A stretch of DNA of 64,000 nucleotides from Candidatus Poribacteria bacterium (GTDB lineage Bacteria; Poribacteria; WGA-4E; WGA-3G), in NCBI GenBank assembly GCA_965205025.1, contig CBDBFU010000020.1:64001-128000 (forward strand), in the 5' to 3' direction. Positions within the stretch are counted from its first letter, which is position 1. Every line of letters starts with the position of its first letter. A model generated the notes under the pieces. It made no database searches. It saw only the letters and a list, made by a program, of their open reading frames with translations, and had not been told where the DNA came from. This document shows positions 50,082-61,915 of the stretch, in pieces. The position numbers and the translations under genes are program-made.

Positions 50082-50687
50082 ATGGCAAACTCTATTACCC
50101 GATTTCTCAAAAACAGAAAGTTTCAACAAGGTGATCAGTATCCCAGAAAACCCCTGGATTCCTTCCTTGAATATCTGCGATTTACGAAAGTCGAACCGTA
50201 CATTCCGATAGGTGCGCGTCTTTTGGACGTTGGGACTGGAGACGGAAACTTTTTACGTTATCTCAATGATAGTCTACATACCGGTATAGGAATTGACTCA
50301 CATCTCACACAAACTGTAGAATTTGGGTCGTGTTGTCTTATGCCTGGATATTTTCCAAATGACTTCATTCGAGATGAAACCTTTGATGTTATCACGATGC
50401 TTGCAGTCGTAGAACACATCCCGATGCATGTTCTCCCCTCGGTTGCAGATGCTTGCTGGAAATATCTAAACCCAGAAGGACGACTCATTATTACAGTGCA
50501 ACACCCGCGTGTTGAGAAACTTCTTGACTTGCTAAAAGCACTAAAGATTGTTGAAGGATTCTCAATACATGAGCATTATGGATTCAATCCAGAGTGTCTA
50601 CCGGAGATTTTCACCCGATGGAAACTCGTGAAAAGGGAACGTTGGGGATTTGGAAATAATAATCTATTCATATTTGAAAAACCCTAA
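50082..50687 (+). CDS. Class I SAM-dependent methyltransferase (paralogue of 43706)
   Basis: LLDVGTGDG, FDVITMLAVVEH, HYGFNPE shared with 43706 gene. Confidence 0.9.
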   Translation: MANSITRFLKNRKFQQGDQYPRKPLDSFLEYLRFTKVEPYIPIGARLLDVGTGDGNFLRYLNDSLHTGIGIDSHLTQTVEFGSCCLMPGYFPNDFIRDETFDVITMLAVVEHIPMHVLPSVADACWKYLNPEGRLIITVQHPRVEKLLDLLKALKIVEGFSIHEHYGFNPECLPEIFTRWKLVKRERWGFGNNNLFIFEKP

Positions 50688-50774
50688 TGGTAAATATACA
50701 ATTCTTGATACACTAACAATAGTTTGGACAGTTTTTAATGTTCCCAGATTATAGTAGAATCCATAATTATTTGG

Positions 50775-51020
50775 ATAGGGCGGTAGGTTCGGTTTCCCGG
50801 GGAATGCCATACGGCATTCATACCGTTGATTCACCGAACCTGTGTTCATCGTGCGGTTAGAAACCGCACCTACCAGGTGAGTGTAAACATATTTTGGAAT
50901 TTTACTATAAACTATAGTAAAGCTTAGAAATAAATACACACTTTCGCCCTCCCACGGTAGGCACGGTTTCTAACCGTGCTGGTGCAAAGTGTCTCATTAA
51001 TACTAAGATCCACCATAAAT
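50775..51020. repeat. REP-like cluster closing the island
   Basis: GGTAGGTTCGGTTTC, GGGGAATGCCATACGGCATTC, GTGCGGTTAGAAACCGCACCTACC, GTAGGCACGGTTTCTAACCGTGC. Confidence 0.75.
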
Positions 51021-51159
51021 TGGCTTTTCTGATCTGCTATTAATGTAAACTAATTAAGTAAAATTGGTATAATAGATACATCAATCACACACGAATCAGC
51101 ACCGATTCCACTGAATAATATATTTCATGAATTAATTTCTATAAGAGTAAGGAGGCAAA

Positions 51160-52221
51160 ATGGAAAGATTAAGAGTTGGAATCATAGGTTGTGGTGGTAT
51201 CTTCCGCAATCTACATTCACCATATTATCAAGAACCGACACGAAGGGCAGATATTGTTGCTATTGCTGACCTAAATGAAACTTCTGCGAATGAACAAGCA
51301 GATAAATTCGGTGCCAAAGCCTATACAGATTACCGAGAACTATTGGACAGAGATGATATTGATGCCGTTGATGTCTGTGTTCATCCACGACCACATCTTG
51401 AGATAACTTGTGCTGCCGCTGATGCTGGAAAGCATATCCTTATGGAAAAACCGATGTGCTGTAATGTCAATGAAGGACGTCAAATGGTCGAGGTAACAGA
51501 TAAGGCTGATGTAATTCTGATGGTAGCCTATATGATGCGGTTCGACCCAGGGTATATGAAACTAAAATCACTGTTGGAAGATGGAACACTTGGCACACTG
51601 CAAATGGCATATTCAAATCAAGTTGGATGGTTTTCACCTGAAAAACACCCATGGTTGTTTGTAAAAGAAGAATCTGGTGGTATGCTTGTGGAACAGGCAA
51701 TTCATAATCTTGATATTTGGCTGTGGTTATTCGGACCTGCTTCTTCAGTATATGGATATACAAGTCATGTACCACTTGGAGGAACATATCCTGCGGCTAA
51801 TAAAGCTGTAGAGAACAATGCTGTCCTGACAGTGAATTTTAAGCATGGTGGCGTTGGGATGATGATTAAAAGTTGGGCAGCTGAAATTACCAATAGTGGG
51901 AATGGACTTGTTACAAGTAATGGTTCAGCAACACTGTTAAGACATGGATTGCGTTGGAAAACTCATAATATGTCAAAAGCAGAAGAATTTACTGAACCTG
52001 TTCCTGATGATGATACATATCGAAATATGAGTGAAGAACAACGAAATCAACGCTATTGGGGTATAGCAGCAAAAGGGGCAAGCATTGATCATTGGTTGAA
52101 ATGTATTGTGGGTGAAGAAGAACCAACTACCCATGGACAAATAGGTACAGATGGAATCGAATTAGCTGAAGCAACTTATCTATCTTCACAAACTGGTGAA
52201 CTTATAACTTTATCATTATAA
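51160..52221 (+). CDS. Gfo/Idh/MocA oxidoreductase
   Basis: GIIGCGGI, GKHILMEKP, SGGMLVEQAIHNLD. Confidence 0.92.
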   Translation: MERLRVGIIGCGGIFRNLHSPYYQEPTRRADIVAIADLNETSANEQADKFGAKAYTDYRELLDRDDIDAVDVCVHPRPHLEITCAAADAGKHILMEKPMCCNVNEGRQMVEVTDKADVILMVAYMMRFDPGYMKLKSLLEDGTLGTLQMAYSNQVGWFSPEKHPWLFVKEESGGMLVEQAIHNLDIWLWLFGPASSVYGYTSHVPLGGTYPAANKAVENNAVLTVNFKHGGVGMMIKSWAAEITNSGNGLVTSNGSATLLRHGLRWKTHNMSKAEEFTEPVPDDDTYRNMSEEQRNQRYWGIAAKGASIDHWLKCIVGEEEPTTHGQIGTDGIELAEATYLSSQTGELITLSL

Positions 52222-52368
52222 AAATTGAGAATTATACAAGATTAAAGGGTCTGTGATAGGGTTATTTAGTTTTCGATATTTTTGCTACTATATTCACATT
52301 CGTGAGCGAAACCCGACCTACAACTCTGATAAAGATTCGCAACATATTTCCATTAAGGAGAAGTTGTT

Positions 52369-53061
52369 ATGAAATCAGAAAAAATGAGATTCAAGGTATT
52401 TACATTATTCTTATTCATACTCATCTCAATATATACACCTATTTGTATAGGAAAGGTAATATTTGAGGATGACTTTGAGAAAAACGTAATTGACAAGGGA
52501 AAATGGAATCCTACAGGAAGTTGGTCATTGGAGGATGGTGTTTTGGTCGTTGATGGTGGTGAAGTAGGGTTAACTGTCAAAGACGACTTTACTGATTTTG
52601 AATTCTATGTAGACTTTTATATGATAAATCCACTCTGGGCAGCAAATTGGGTTATCCGAGGAGAAGACCCTAATAATTGTACACTTGTTCAAATTGTGGC
52701 AGATGACCGTGATCAATTTTGGTGGTTTACAAGAGTTAATGGTAACTACTTTGTACATGTGGAGGATCAATTAAAGAATGAATCCGGTATACACCCTAAA
52801 CTTAAAAAATGGTATACAGTTAAGATAGTTGCGAAAGGTAATCGTTACGACCTATATCTGGGGGAACAAGGTAAGAATTTGGAGTTATCCTGTACATGGA
52901 AAGACGAGACTACAAAAAAGGGGAGCATCGGATTCAGAGCAGGTGGCGGTGAACATTGTCTATATGATAATGTGATTGTTACCACCCTGGGACACAGTTT
53001 TCCAGTAGATCCTAAAGATGCTTTGGCAGTAACATGGGGAGAACTCAAGGCAATACAATAA
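52369..53061 (+). CDS. Secreted DUF1080/3-keto-disaccharide hydrolase-like protein with C-terminal VDP..VTWGELK motif
   Basis: Signal peptide, FEDDFE, WYTVKI..KGN, GSIGF, YDNV. Confidence 0.7.
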   Translation: MKSEKMRFKVFTLFLFILISIYTPICIGKVIFEDDFEKNVIDKGKWNPTGSWSLEDGVLVVDGGEVGLTVKDDFTDFEFYVDFYMINPLWAANWVIRGEDPNNCTLVQIVADDRDQFWWFTRVNGNYFVHVEDQLKNESGIHPKLKKWYTVKIVAKGNRYDLYLGEQGKNLELSCTWKDETTKKGSIGFRAGGGEHCLYDNVIVTTLGHSFPVDPKDALAVTWGELKAIQ

Positions 53062-53069
53062 AGGTAAAT

Positions 53070-53858
53070 ATGGCAAAAGAGAATCAAGCAATATCTCAAA
53101 ATGAGACAATACAACCCATCCCAGATAAATTAGTTGTCCTTACCTTTGATGACGGCAACAAATCAGATTACAATTACGTGGCACCAATGTTGAAGGAATA
53201 CGGATTTGGTGCAACCTTCTATATCACTGAAGGACTCGGTTTTCTCAATAACAAAGATCACTATGTCACATGGGAAGAGATCCGAGAACTCCATGACGCT
53301 GGCTTTGAAATCGGCAATCACACACGTCAACACCCAAACATAAATACATTAACAAAAGATGAACTACTATCCAGCCTGATCCATATTGATGAACGGTGTG
53401 ATGTGTATGACATACCGATTCCTGAAACGTTTGCATATCCTGGGGATAGCCGTGGACCAGAATCAATAGAAGTATTGATAGAAAAAGGGTATCTGTTCGC
53501 ACGTCGTGGTGTTGGTCCAGATTACCCTTATGATTTAGAAGGGGGACGTGGTCCAGTGTATGATCCAGATATACATCATCCGTTGGTCATTCCATCAACC
53601 GGAGTTCCCGGTCCACACTATCAATTTGAGGATTTAGTCTGGGCAGTGGAACAAGCTAAGGACGGAAAAATCGCTGTCCTGACATTTCACGGTGTTCCCG
53701 CCCTTGAACATCCGTGGGTAGATACCTCACCTAAACAGTTTAAGACATATATGGATTATCTTCGAGATAATAGCTGTACCGTAATTGCAGTGCGGGATTT
53801 GGTGAAATACGTTGATCCCACAGAAACAGATGGAAAAACTATAACATATTTTCCGTAA
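53070..53858 (+). CDS. Polysaccharide deacetylase (CE4/NodB)
   Basis: LTFDDG, ATFYI, EIGNHTRQH, FAYP, LTFH. Confidence 0.9.
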   Translation: MAKENQAISQNETIQPIPDKLVVLTFDDGNKSDYNYVAPMLKEYGFGATFYITEGLGFLNNKDHYVTWEEIRELHDAGFEIGNHTRQHPNINTLTKDELLSSLIHIDERCDVYDIPIPETFAYPGDSRGPESIEVLIEKGYLFARRGVGPDYPYDLEGGRGPVYDPDIHHPLVIPSTGVPGPHYQFEDLVWAVEQAKDGKIAVLTFHGVPALEHPWVDTSPKQFKTYMDYLRDNSCTVIAVRDLVKYVDPTETDGKTITYFP

Positions 53859-53889
53859 AAGTCCTGTAGAACGAAGATGTGTGACAATC

Positions 53890-53980
53890 GAACCTACCCC
53901 ATACGCGTCAATTTAGAAAAAACACTGTATCTCAAACCGCACCTACACTACTGGAGGCGCACTAAATTGACACCAATGTA
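53890..53980. repeat. Short MITE/REP-like element
   Basis: GCGTCAATTTAG...CTAAATTGACAC inverted ends with internal AACCGCACCTAC. Confidence 0.6.
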
Positions 53981-54131
53981 TAGCAAAAACCGACCATCAA
54001 ATAGATTGATACAATTTTTTCGGAACATTTTAGAGTGTTAAGGTGTGTTTGTAAAAAACGCTAACTTCAAAGCGCATATCGCGTACCCCAAATGTTTATC
54101 ATAGATTAACCATTTTAGAAAAAGGGAAACA

Positions 54132-54920
54132 ATGTTCAAACAATTAGATATCAAGGTAATTGGTGGGATAGTAATTCTCGCAGTTCTTCTCTTGGCAGGT
54201 ATCCATTTTTACTCAAAATGGAGTTATAACCGTTTTGCATTAGACATCGGGGTATCCCCCGAATCCACTACACAAACTACACAATCTAAAACTACCGAAA
54301 ATGATATAACCAAGTCTGTCGAACAGTCTAAGTCAACACAATCACCAAAATCAGTTAACAAGAATATTAAGGTTGATTCAAAGTCTGTTGTTGAATCTGA
54401 GTCAACGAATACCGCAGAAAACATGGAAGCATCTGCTGAAAAAACAGAGACACCCGAATTTGATGCTTCATCACTAATGTCCACATTTGGTATACCTGAA
54501 GAAGTTAAGTCACTTCTTGATGAGGACGCTGAAGAGGCAGATTTTGAAAAGGCACAAGCGTATCTCGCTGAGAAATATGGTCAATCTCCCGAAGTTGACG
54601 CAATAATGAATAGACTAAAGCAGATGTCTGGAGGCACAGTTGAACTTGATGATCTGACAGCCCTTTTTGAGGATTGGATTGAGATTCTGCCTGAGGACCA
54701 GCAAGAAAATCGTCGACAATTGATGGGTGTGCTTACACTGCTCAATCAGGCAAAGGCTAAGGTAGGTAGCAATCCAGTCCAGGTTATCGTTGGAGATAAT
54801 TTAGATGATATAGATCCGTCTCTACTTGAAGGAGATAATGTAAATCGCTTTAACATTCAAACCAATAGTAAGATCAATATAGTCGATTCTAAAATTAAAA
54901 CAGAGATTATAGACGATTAA
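54132..54920 (+). CDS. Membrane-anchored hypothetical protein
   Basis: N-terminal TM, Ser/Thr-rich linker, acidic helical domain. Confidence 0.72.
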   Translation: MFKQLDIKVIGGIVILAVLLLAGIHFYSKWSYNRFALDIGVSPESTTQTTQSKTTENDITKSVEQSKSTQSPKSVNKNIKVDSKSVVESESTNTAENMEASAEKTETPEFDASSLMSTFGIPEEVKSLLDEDAEEADFEKAQAYLAEKYGQSPEVDAIMNRLKQMSGGTVELDDLTALFEDWIEILPEDQQENRRQLMGVLTLLNQAKAKVGSNPVQVIVGDNLDDIDPSLLEGDNVNRFNIQTNSKINIVDSKIKTEIIDD

Positions 54921-55047
54921 AGATACATATTTAGAAATTCTCAACACATCATGTAAGGTGTTTATACTGATTGCATAGTGGTAAGAAGGCTTAAATTCCT
55001 TAAAAAGCATAATTTTTACAATAATTATGCTTTTTTGACATTTTAAT

Positions 55048-55076
55048 TTGACAAACAAATTATACGTTGGTATAAT
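55048..55076 (+). promoter_or_regulatory. rRNA promoter
   Basis: Perfect TTGACA-N17-TATAAT with TGn extension. Confidence 0.88.
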
Positions 55077-55108
55077 ATAGATTACCTTTCGATTCAGAAA
55101 GGTGAAGA

Positions 55109-55130
55109 TGTTCTTTGAAAGTTAAATAGT
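55109..55130 (+). promoter_or_regulatory. boxA-like sequence and 5' arm of 16S processing stem
   Basis: TGTTCTTTGAAA; 55115-55130 is the exact reverse complement of 56922-56937. Confidence 0.7.
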
Positions 55131-55149
55131 TTACGTGACGTGCCTATTA

Positions 55150-55297
55150 TATAGCTTGTGAGTGCCCTTCAATTATTTGAAGGTGTACTTCTAAACTTTA
55201 TAGCATGATGAGTACGCTCCATTTATTTGGAGTTGTACTTTGATACTTTATAGCTTGTGAGTGCGCTTCATTTATTTGAAGATGTACTTCAATACTT

Positions 55298-55298
<1 letters not shown>
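55150..55298 (+). repeat. Three tandem ~50-bp hairpin repeats in the 16S leader
   Basis: TATAGC..TGAGT.C.CT.CA.TTATTTG.AG.TGTACTT...ACTT x3. Confidence 0.85.
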
Positions 55299-56854
<1,556 letters not shown>

Positions 56855-56964
56855 CAATAACAATACGATCCTAACACGATCAAATTGTTCAGCTCTGAAC
56901 CTTACAAGGCATTTACGGCTTACTATTTAACTTTCAATTAACTTCTAACTATACCGACTTTCAG

Positions 56965-57038
56965 GGGCTTATAGCTCAGAAGGTTAGAGCGCGCGCCTGA
57001 TAAGCGCGAGGTCCCTGGTTCGATTCCAGGTAAGCCCA
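56965..57038 (+). tRNA. tRNA-Ile (GAT), CCA not encoded
   Basis: GGGCTTA/TAAGCCC acceptor stem, CGCGC-CTGATAA-GCGCG anticodon arm, GGTTCGATTCC T arm. Confidence 0.96.
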
Positions 57039-57361
57039 TCCTTTCAAATACAATTCCATAGATTTCAAATGAAACATTCAACACAACCTAAATCAGAACA
57101 AATTGTGCTAAATCATTTTGCTTCAATCCCATCAGATTGTATCGTTGAAATCAACTCTAAGAACAATACCCTACCCTCGTTCCATTCTCGTTATTCCTAA
57201 CTGTACATTCCTTTTTTCTAACCCAAATTACAAGTAGCATTGTTATCTTTTCGCACTTTATCCTTATGAAGATTAAATAAATATATCGGTAATTTTGCTG
57301 AGAAATTCGAATCAACGGTATAAATGACTGAAAAGTGCATTTATGTCCAAAGCGAACATCT

Positions 57362-57572
57362 TTACATAGCACTCCGCTGGAGTGCGGGGCTTTCTACCTT
57401 TTATTTCTATAGACATATCACGCCGCTGGCGTGAGGAGACATCTTAATGTCGGTATCGTTAGTTCTCTATTGATCGCGTCTAATACACAGATAAGTTGTG
57501 TGTCTTGCTCCAGTGGAGCAATATGTCTATAGCAGTGAAGCATAGCAATCCCGCACTCCAGCGGAGTGCTAT
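57362..57572. repeat. Inverted pair of REP-like elements
   Basis: ATAGCACTCCGCTGGAGTGCGGG vs CCCGCACTCCAGCGGAGTGCTAT; CTATAGACATAT vs ATATGTCTATAG. Confidence 0.75.
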
Positions 57573-57798
57573 ATCTAAAAATTGTCCAAACTATAGTAAA
57601 TCCTAATGTAAGTATACCAATTGAAAATGGTATAAACATCGTTTGTTTATCAGTTAAAAAATACAAAGTGCATCCGAAGTTGTATATAGGTGAACCATTG
57701 TTTGTAATAATCACATCCTCTTACGGATATATTAAGATTATTTAACGTATTAATATTTCGTAAGCAATAACCCAATTCAAATAAAAGGAGTTACATCA

Positions 57799-58299
57799 AT
57801 GAAAGACACACAAATAGTAGCAAGTTACCAACAATTTCATGTCATTGCTCACGATTTAGACGAGACAGATAACCTTAAGTCAGAATGCAAAGCACAGTTA
57901 GGTGAAGGTGTTCGACTCGCTGACTGGAACGATATAGCTGCTTATGTGAAAGCAGGTGGTTCATTGGAGGATTTTATCAACGCACTCAAGATACCCCTTG
58001 AGTATGTTACTCCAGAGGATCTTGAACCAATCCCGAATACTTCCTACCGTATTTCAATGAATAATGAACTACACTGGATCGGTGATCGACACTATTTCTT
58101 CGCCAGACACGATCACACCAAACGTGATGATTTTTTAGCACACAACAATATTGACAATTATCACCTCTCCCTGGGTTCATGGATCGGTAAGGGTGGTTAT
58201 GCACTCTGCTATGGAGACCCAAACGCTACGGTTCCCCCGCCTGAACCAGAGATCACCGAACCGGTGCCGAGACGAAGAGGCTGCGGTTGCGGCTGTTAA
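57799..58299 (+). CDS. Hypothetical protein (possible C-type-lectin-like fold) with Pro linker and RRRGCGCGC tail
   Basis: AAGGAG RBS; C....G...RLADW pattern; downstream hairpin at 58318-58354. Confidence 0.65.
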   Translation: MKDTQIVASYQQFHVIAHDLDETDNLKSECKAQLGEGVRLADWNDIAAYVKAGGSLEDFINALKIPLEYVTPEDLEPIPNTSYRISMNNELHWIGDRHYFFARHDHTKRDDFLAHNNIDNYHLSLGSWIGKGGYALCYGDPNATVPPPEPEITEPVPRRRGCGCGC

Positions 58300-58427
58300 T
58301 GTAAACCCATACTCTACTATAGTTAGGAGGGAATCTAATCCTCTCCTAACTATATTGCTTGAACTCACATTAAGATACCTACCTTTTATTGGTCCCATAT
58401 ACCCAGAGGAGTGCATCTATATATTCT

Positions 58428-59684
58428 ATGAACGAGAATAAATTTACCGTTTGGGAATTACCACAAGACGCAGTTACCCGTTTTGGACAGGGTTACCTAA
58501 ATGATTTTGCAGTCTCAACGGATGGAGCGTATTTGGCAATTGGTAGTTGGACAGGTGTGTGGTTATATGATCTTACGACACACACTCCTGTTGCCTTAAT
58601 GGAAACAGAACGAGGAATGGCCACCCGTATTGCACTCTGTTCAACACAACCCTGGTTAGCTGTGAAGAACTCTGACAAATATGGAAAAGAGGTGATAAAG
58701 GTATGGAATTGGCAAAAGTCTCAACGTATCGCTGTCATGGAATATCCTGAAAGGTTAAAGACTAATCCACCTGCAAATGACTTATGCAACCTTTGTTTTT
58801 CTGCTTCAGGAGAATGGCTATCCGTTAGTCGTTACTTTGATGATGTTGTTGACATCTGGGAATCAGAAACCGGCAAGCTGTATGCTGAGCTGCAATTAAC
58901 TTCTGAGGAAACGAAGGCACGCTGCTTTGACAGTGAAATCCATTATCATGATCTCAGCGGCGCGTTAGCGTTTTCACAGCACAATGGTTTCTTTGCATTT
59001 TCCCCCAATTCTCCTTTTATCACTGTATGGGATATCACAACCTGTAAACGTATCATCAATCTGACGGGAGATCCCGATGGTGTCTACTCGCTTAGTTTTC
59101 GCCCTGTGGGCAATTCCTTGCTGTTGGAGGAATGAATGGGACTGTGCAAGTGTCGTTACAGAACCGAGTTGTCATATCGTTGCCGTTTATTCGGATACCG
59201 CGGCTGGAAAATTTTATGCAACTGGGTTTCCTCCGGGAGAATCTGAATATTGGAGTAACACGCTGAATCTGTGGGAAATCGGAAAAGGAAAACCAATAAC
59301 CGAATTAACAATCCCTGGAGAATTACCTCATCGACGTTCAATGGCATACTCCCCTACTACAAATCTGCTTGCATGTGGGCATGGAACTGATGCTAAGGAT
59401 TGGGATGAAGATGATCCTGAAAACGGGGCAGTCTATGTATGGAATGTCGCACATGGACAGATGCAGTATGTATTTAGAGGCAAACATGTCAATAGCATCA
59501 ACTATGTAAGGTTCAGTCCAGATGGAACACGTCTTATTAGTAGAGATACAGACTGGGTAGTTCGATTGTGGGATGTACAGATATTCAATGCATTGCATTT
59601 TCACCAGATAGCAGGATCTTAGCAAGTGGCAGTTTCGATGGTACCATCCTTTTGTGGGATATGAAGCCCTATATCAATTCTTAA
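58428..59684 (+). pseudogene. WD40-repeat protein, frameshifted and internally deleted
   Basis: WELPQDAVTRFGQG start shared with neighbours; fragments in several frames; ends LASGSFDGTILLWDMKPYINS*. Confidence 0.8.
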
Positions 59685-59823
59685 ACATTCTTTATCAATT
59701 TCATTTATCGCATATCATATCAATACCGGTTGCGTTGCACAACTCTATCAGTCAATTTCGCGTAACATTTCGTAGTGCGAAGTTACCGATCCTCGCGTGC
59801 CAAATAACAATAAAGGAGCATTA

Positions 59824-61818
59824 ATGGAAACCACAAAAACACAAACAACAACTCCATTTCACTTTGATGATAGCAAAGTATGTAATTGGACACTTCCCGA
59901 AGGTGCAATCGCTCGATTGGGACGTGGAAGTGTACGTGATATGGAATTTTCACCGGATGGACAATACTTCGCTGTTGGATCAACAATAGGACTTTGGATA
60001 TATCAACTTTCAACACTTACACCAATTGCGCTCTGGGAAACTGATAGAGGATCTATTCATGGTGTTACATTCTCACCTGATAGTCGATGGATTGCTTCAA
60101 CTACACTTCACGAAGCACTCAGGGTGTGGGACATCCAGAGCAAGAGTTGTATTGCTGAGATGGAATTTAAGGAGAAACGGGACCGTTTCGGAATTACCAA
60201 ACCTATTTTTTCCGCAGATGGAGAACGTCTCGTTGCATTTAAGGAGCACAACAAGGTTTATGTTTGGTGCCCTCGCACCGGTACGAAAATGAGAGAAATA
60301 GAAATCAAATTAAATGGAACAGAAAACGAAACAATTAATGGGATCTATCCCACCTGCTTTTCTCCGGATATCAGTTTGTTGGCAGGTACGTGTTACGACC
60401 ATAGAAACCGTACCGCTGAATTCATTGTCCTGTGGGACGTGGAGACAGGAGAACAAGTTACTCGTCTTGAATGGACTAAAAGATGGGGTGCTCTATGTTT
60501 TTCACCGTGTGGAAGGTTTCTTGCTGCCGGCAGTTTAGAGGGTAAAATTCATGTGTGGGACGTGGAAAGTGGAAGTCTGACTGCAAGCTATTCTGACTAT
60601 GGAGATGCACAAATGAAACCATATTACCCCTCGGAAGGTGGATTGATTGCAACTATGGTTTTTCCATCTGAACCCAAAATTGAAGTCTGGGATTTAGAAA
60701 GAAACGAAAAAATCGTGACGTTCGAAAAAGGGAGCAAACTGAGTTCGGTCCGTTTTTCAGATGACGGTACTCAATTGGCATATACTGATGATGGTGAAAT
60801 CAAATTCTGGAAAAAAGAAAAACCCGTCCCTAAATTACTGCCGAGTATTAAAGGACATACACGTACAGTCAGTTCATTAGTCTATACTACAGATGAGGAA
60901 ACGCTTGTGGTTACATATTGGGGGTGGAAAGCGCTCTTTTGGGATGTTCCCAGCAGACGAGGACGACGACCCACTGGAGCAGATTTGCCCACAAGTAAAA
61001 CACTTCATCTCTATCAGGACAATAAGAACAAAATATATGCGACGGGTGGAGACAGTGACTACCTAAGAGTGTGGGAGAATGGCAATAGTGAATCAATCGC
61101 CGATATTCCAATACAGGAGCAAGAACTGGTATCGATCACAGGTAGTGAGGCGTTCGCACTAACAGCAGACCGGATAGCGCGGACAGATAGAGATTATAAC
61201 ATCTATGTATGGATGGGTAAATCAATATCAAATAGTAGTGATAATAAAAAGGACTGGATATTGCAAGCAAATCTGTCCGGACATACAGAACACATTGAAG
61301 CTTTGGCATTTAGTCCTGACGCAAAACAACTCGCGAGTATATCGAGAGATAAAACTGCGAGATTATGGGACGTTGAATCCGGAGAACAGATCATGGAACT
61401 ACCTTTATCACCACCTTCAGGTCCCAGACAATACCGAAGTTATGACAGAGGTATTACGTTTTCACCTCGTGGAGACTTAATTGCAGGTGGACAGTGGGGT
61501 GAGATAGTGCTGTGGAATGCCACAGATGGAAAAATCTATATGACAATTCCGCAACCCGAAGGAAATCAGCGACCGATTACATTATATTTTTCACCATGTG
61601 GGGAATACCTCCTTTCCGGTTCATGGTGGCAAGGTGGTTTGCAGAAAGTGCCGATCCGTTTGTGGAAAGTAGCGACAGGTGAGAATATCGCCACGTTTAC
61701 TGGACACACTACAGACGTTCAGTGTTTTGCATTAAATCACGATTGCACTGTTCTTGCCAGCGGTGGACATGATGGGGTAATATTCCTCTGGGATTTGAAA
61801 CCGTATATCAATTCATAA
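59824..61818 (+). CDS. WD40-repeat (double beta-propeller) protein
   Basis: AAGGAG RBS; W.LPEGAIARLGRG, many FSPDG/GH..WD repeats. Confidence 0.92.
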   Translation: METTKTQTTTPFHFDDSKVCNWTLPEGAIARLGRGSVRDMEFSPDGQYFAVGSTIGLWIYQLSTLTPIALWETDRGSIHGVTFSPDSRWIASTTLHEALRVWDIQSKSCIAEMEFKEKRDRFGITKPIFSADGERLVAFKEHNKVYVWCPRTGTKMREIEIKLNGTENETINGIYPTCFSPDISLLAGTCYDHRNRTAEFIVLWDVETGEQVTRLEWTKRWGALCFSPCGRFLAAGSLEGKIHVWDVESGSLTASYSDYGDAQMKPYYPSEGGLIATMVFPSEPKIEVWDLERNEKIVTFEKGSKLSSVRFSDDGTQLAYTDDGEIKFWKKEKPVPKLLPSIKGHTRTVSSLVYTTDEETLVVTYWGWKALFWDVPSRRGRRPTGADLPTSKTLHLYQDNKNKIYATGGDSDYLRVWENGNSESIADIPIQEQELVSITGSEAFALTADRIARTDRDYNIYVWMGKSISNSSDNKKDWILQANLSGHTEHIEALAFSPDAKQLASISRDKTARLWDVESGEQIMELPLSPPSGPRQYRSYDRGITFSPRGDLIAGGQWGEIVLWNATDGKIYMTIPQPEGNQRPITLYFSPCGEYLLSGSWWQGGLQKVPIRLWKVATGENIATFTGHTTDVQCFALNHDCTVLASGGHDGVIFLWDLKPYINS

Positions 61819-61915
61819 ACATTCCTCGTCAATTCTCTTGGTTAAATTCGCAATACCTATCAACATGCAAGATTAACGAATCTCACCATCCATTAGAGAT
61901 AAAGGAGACATCTTT

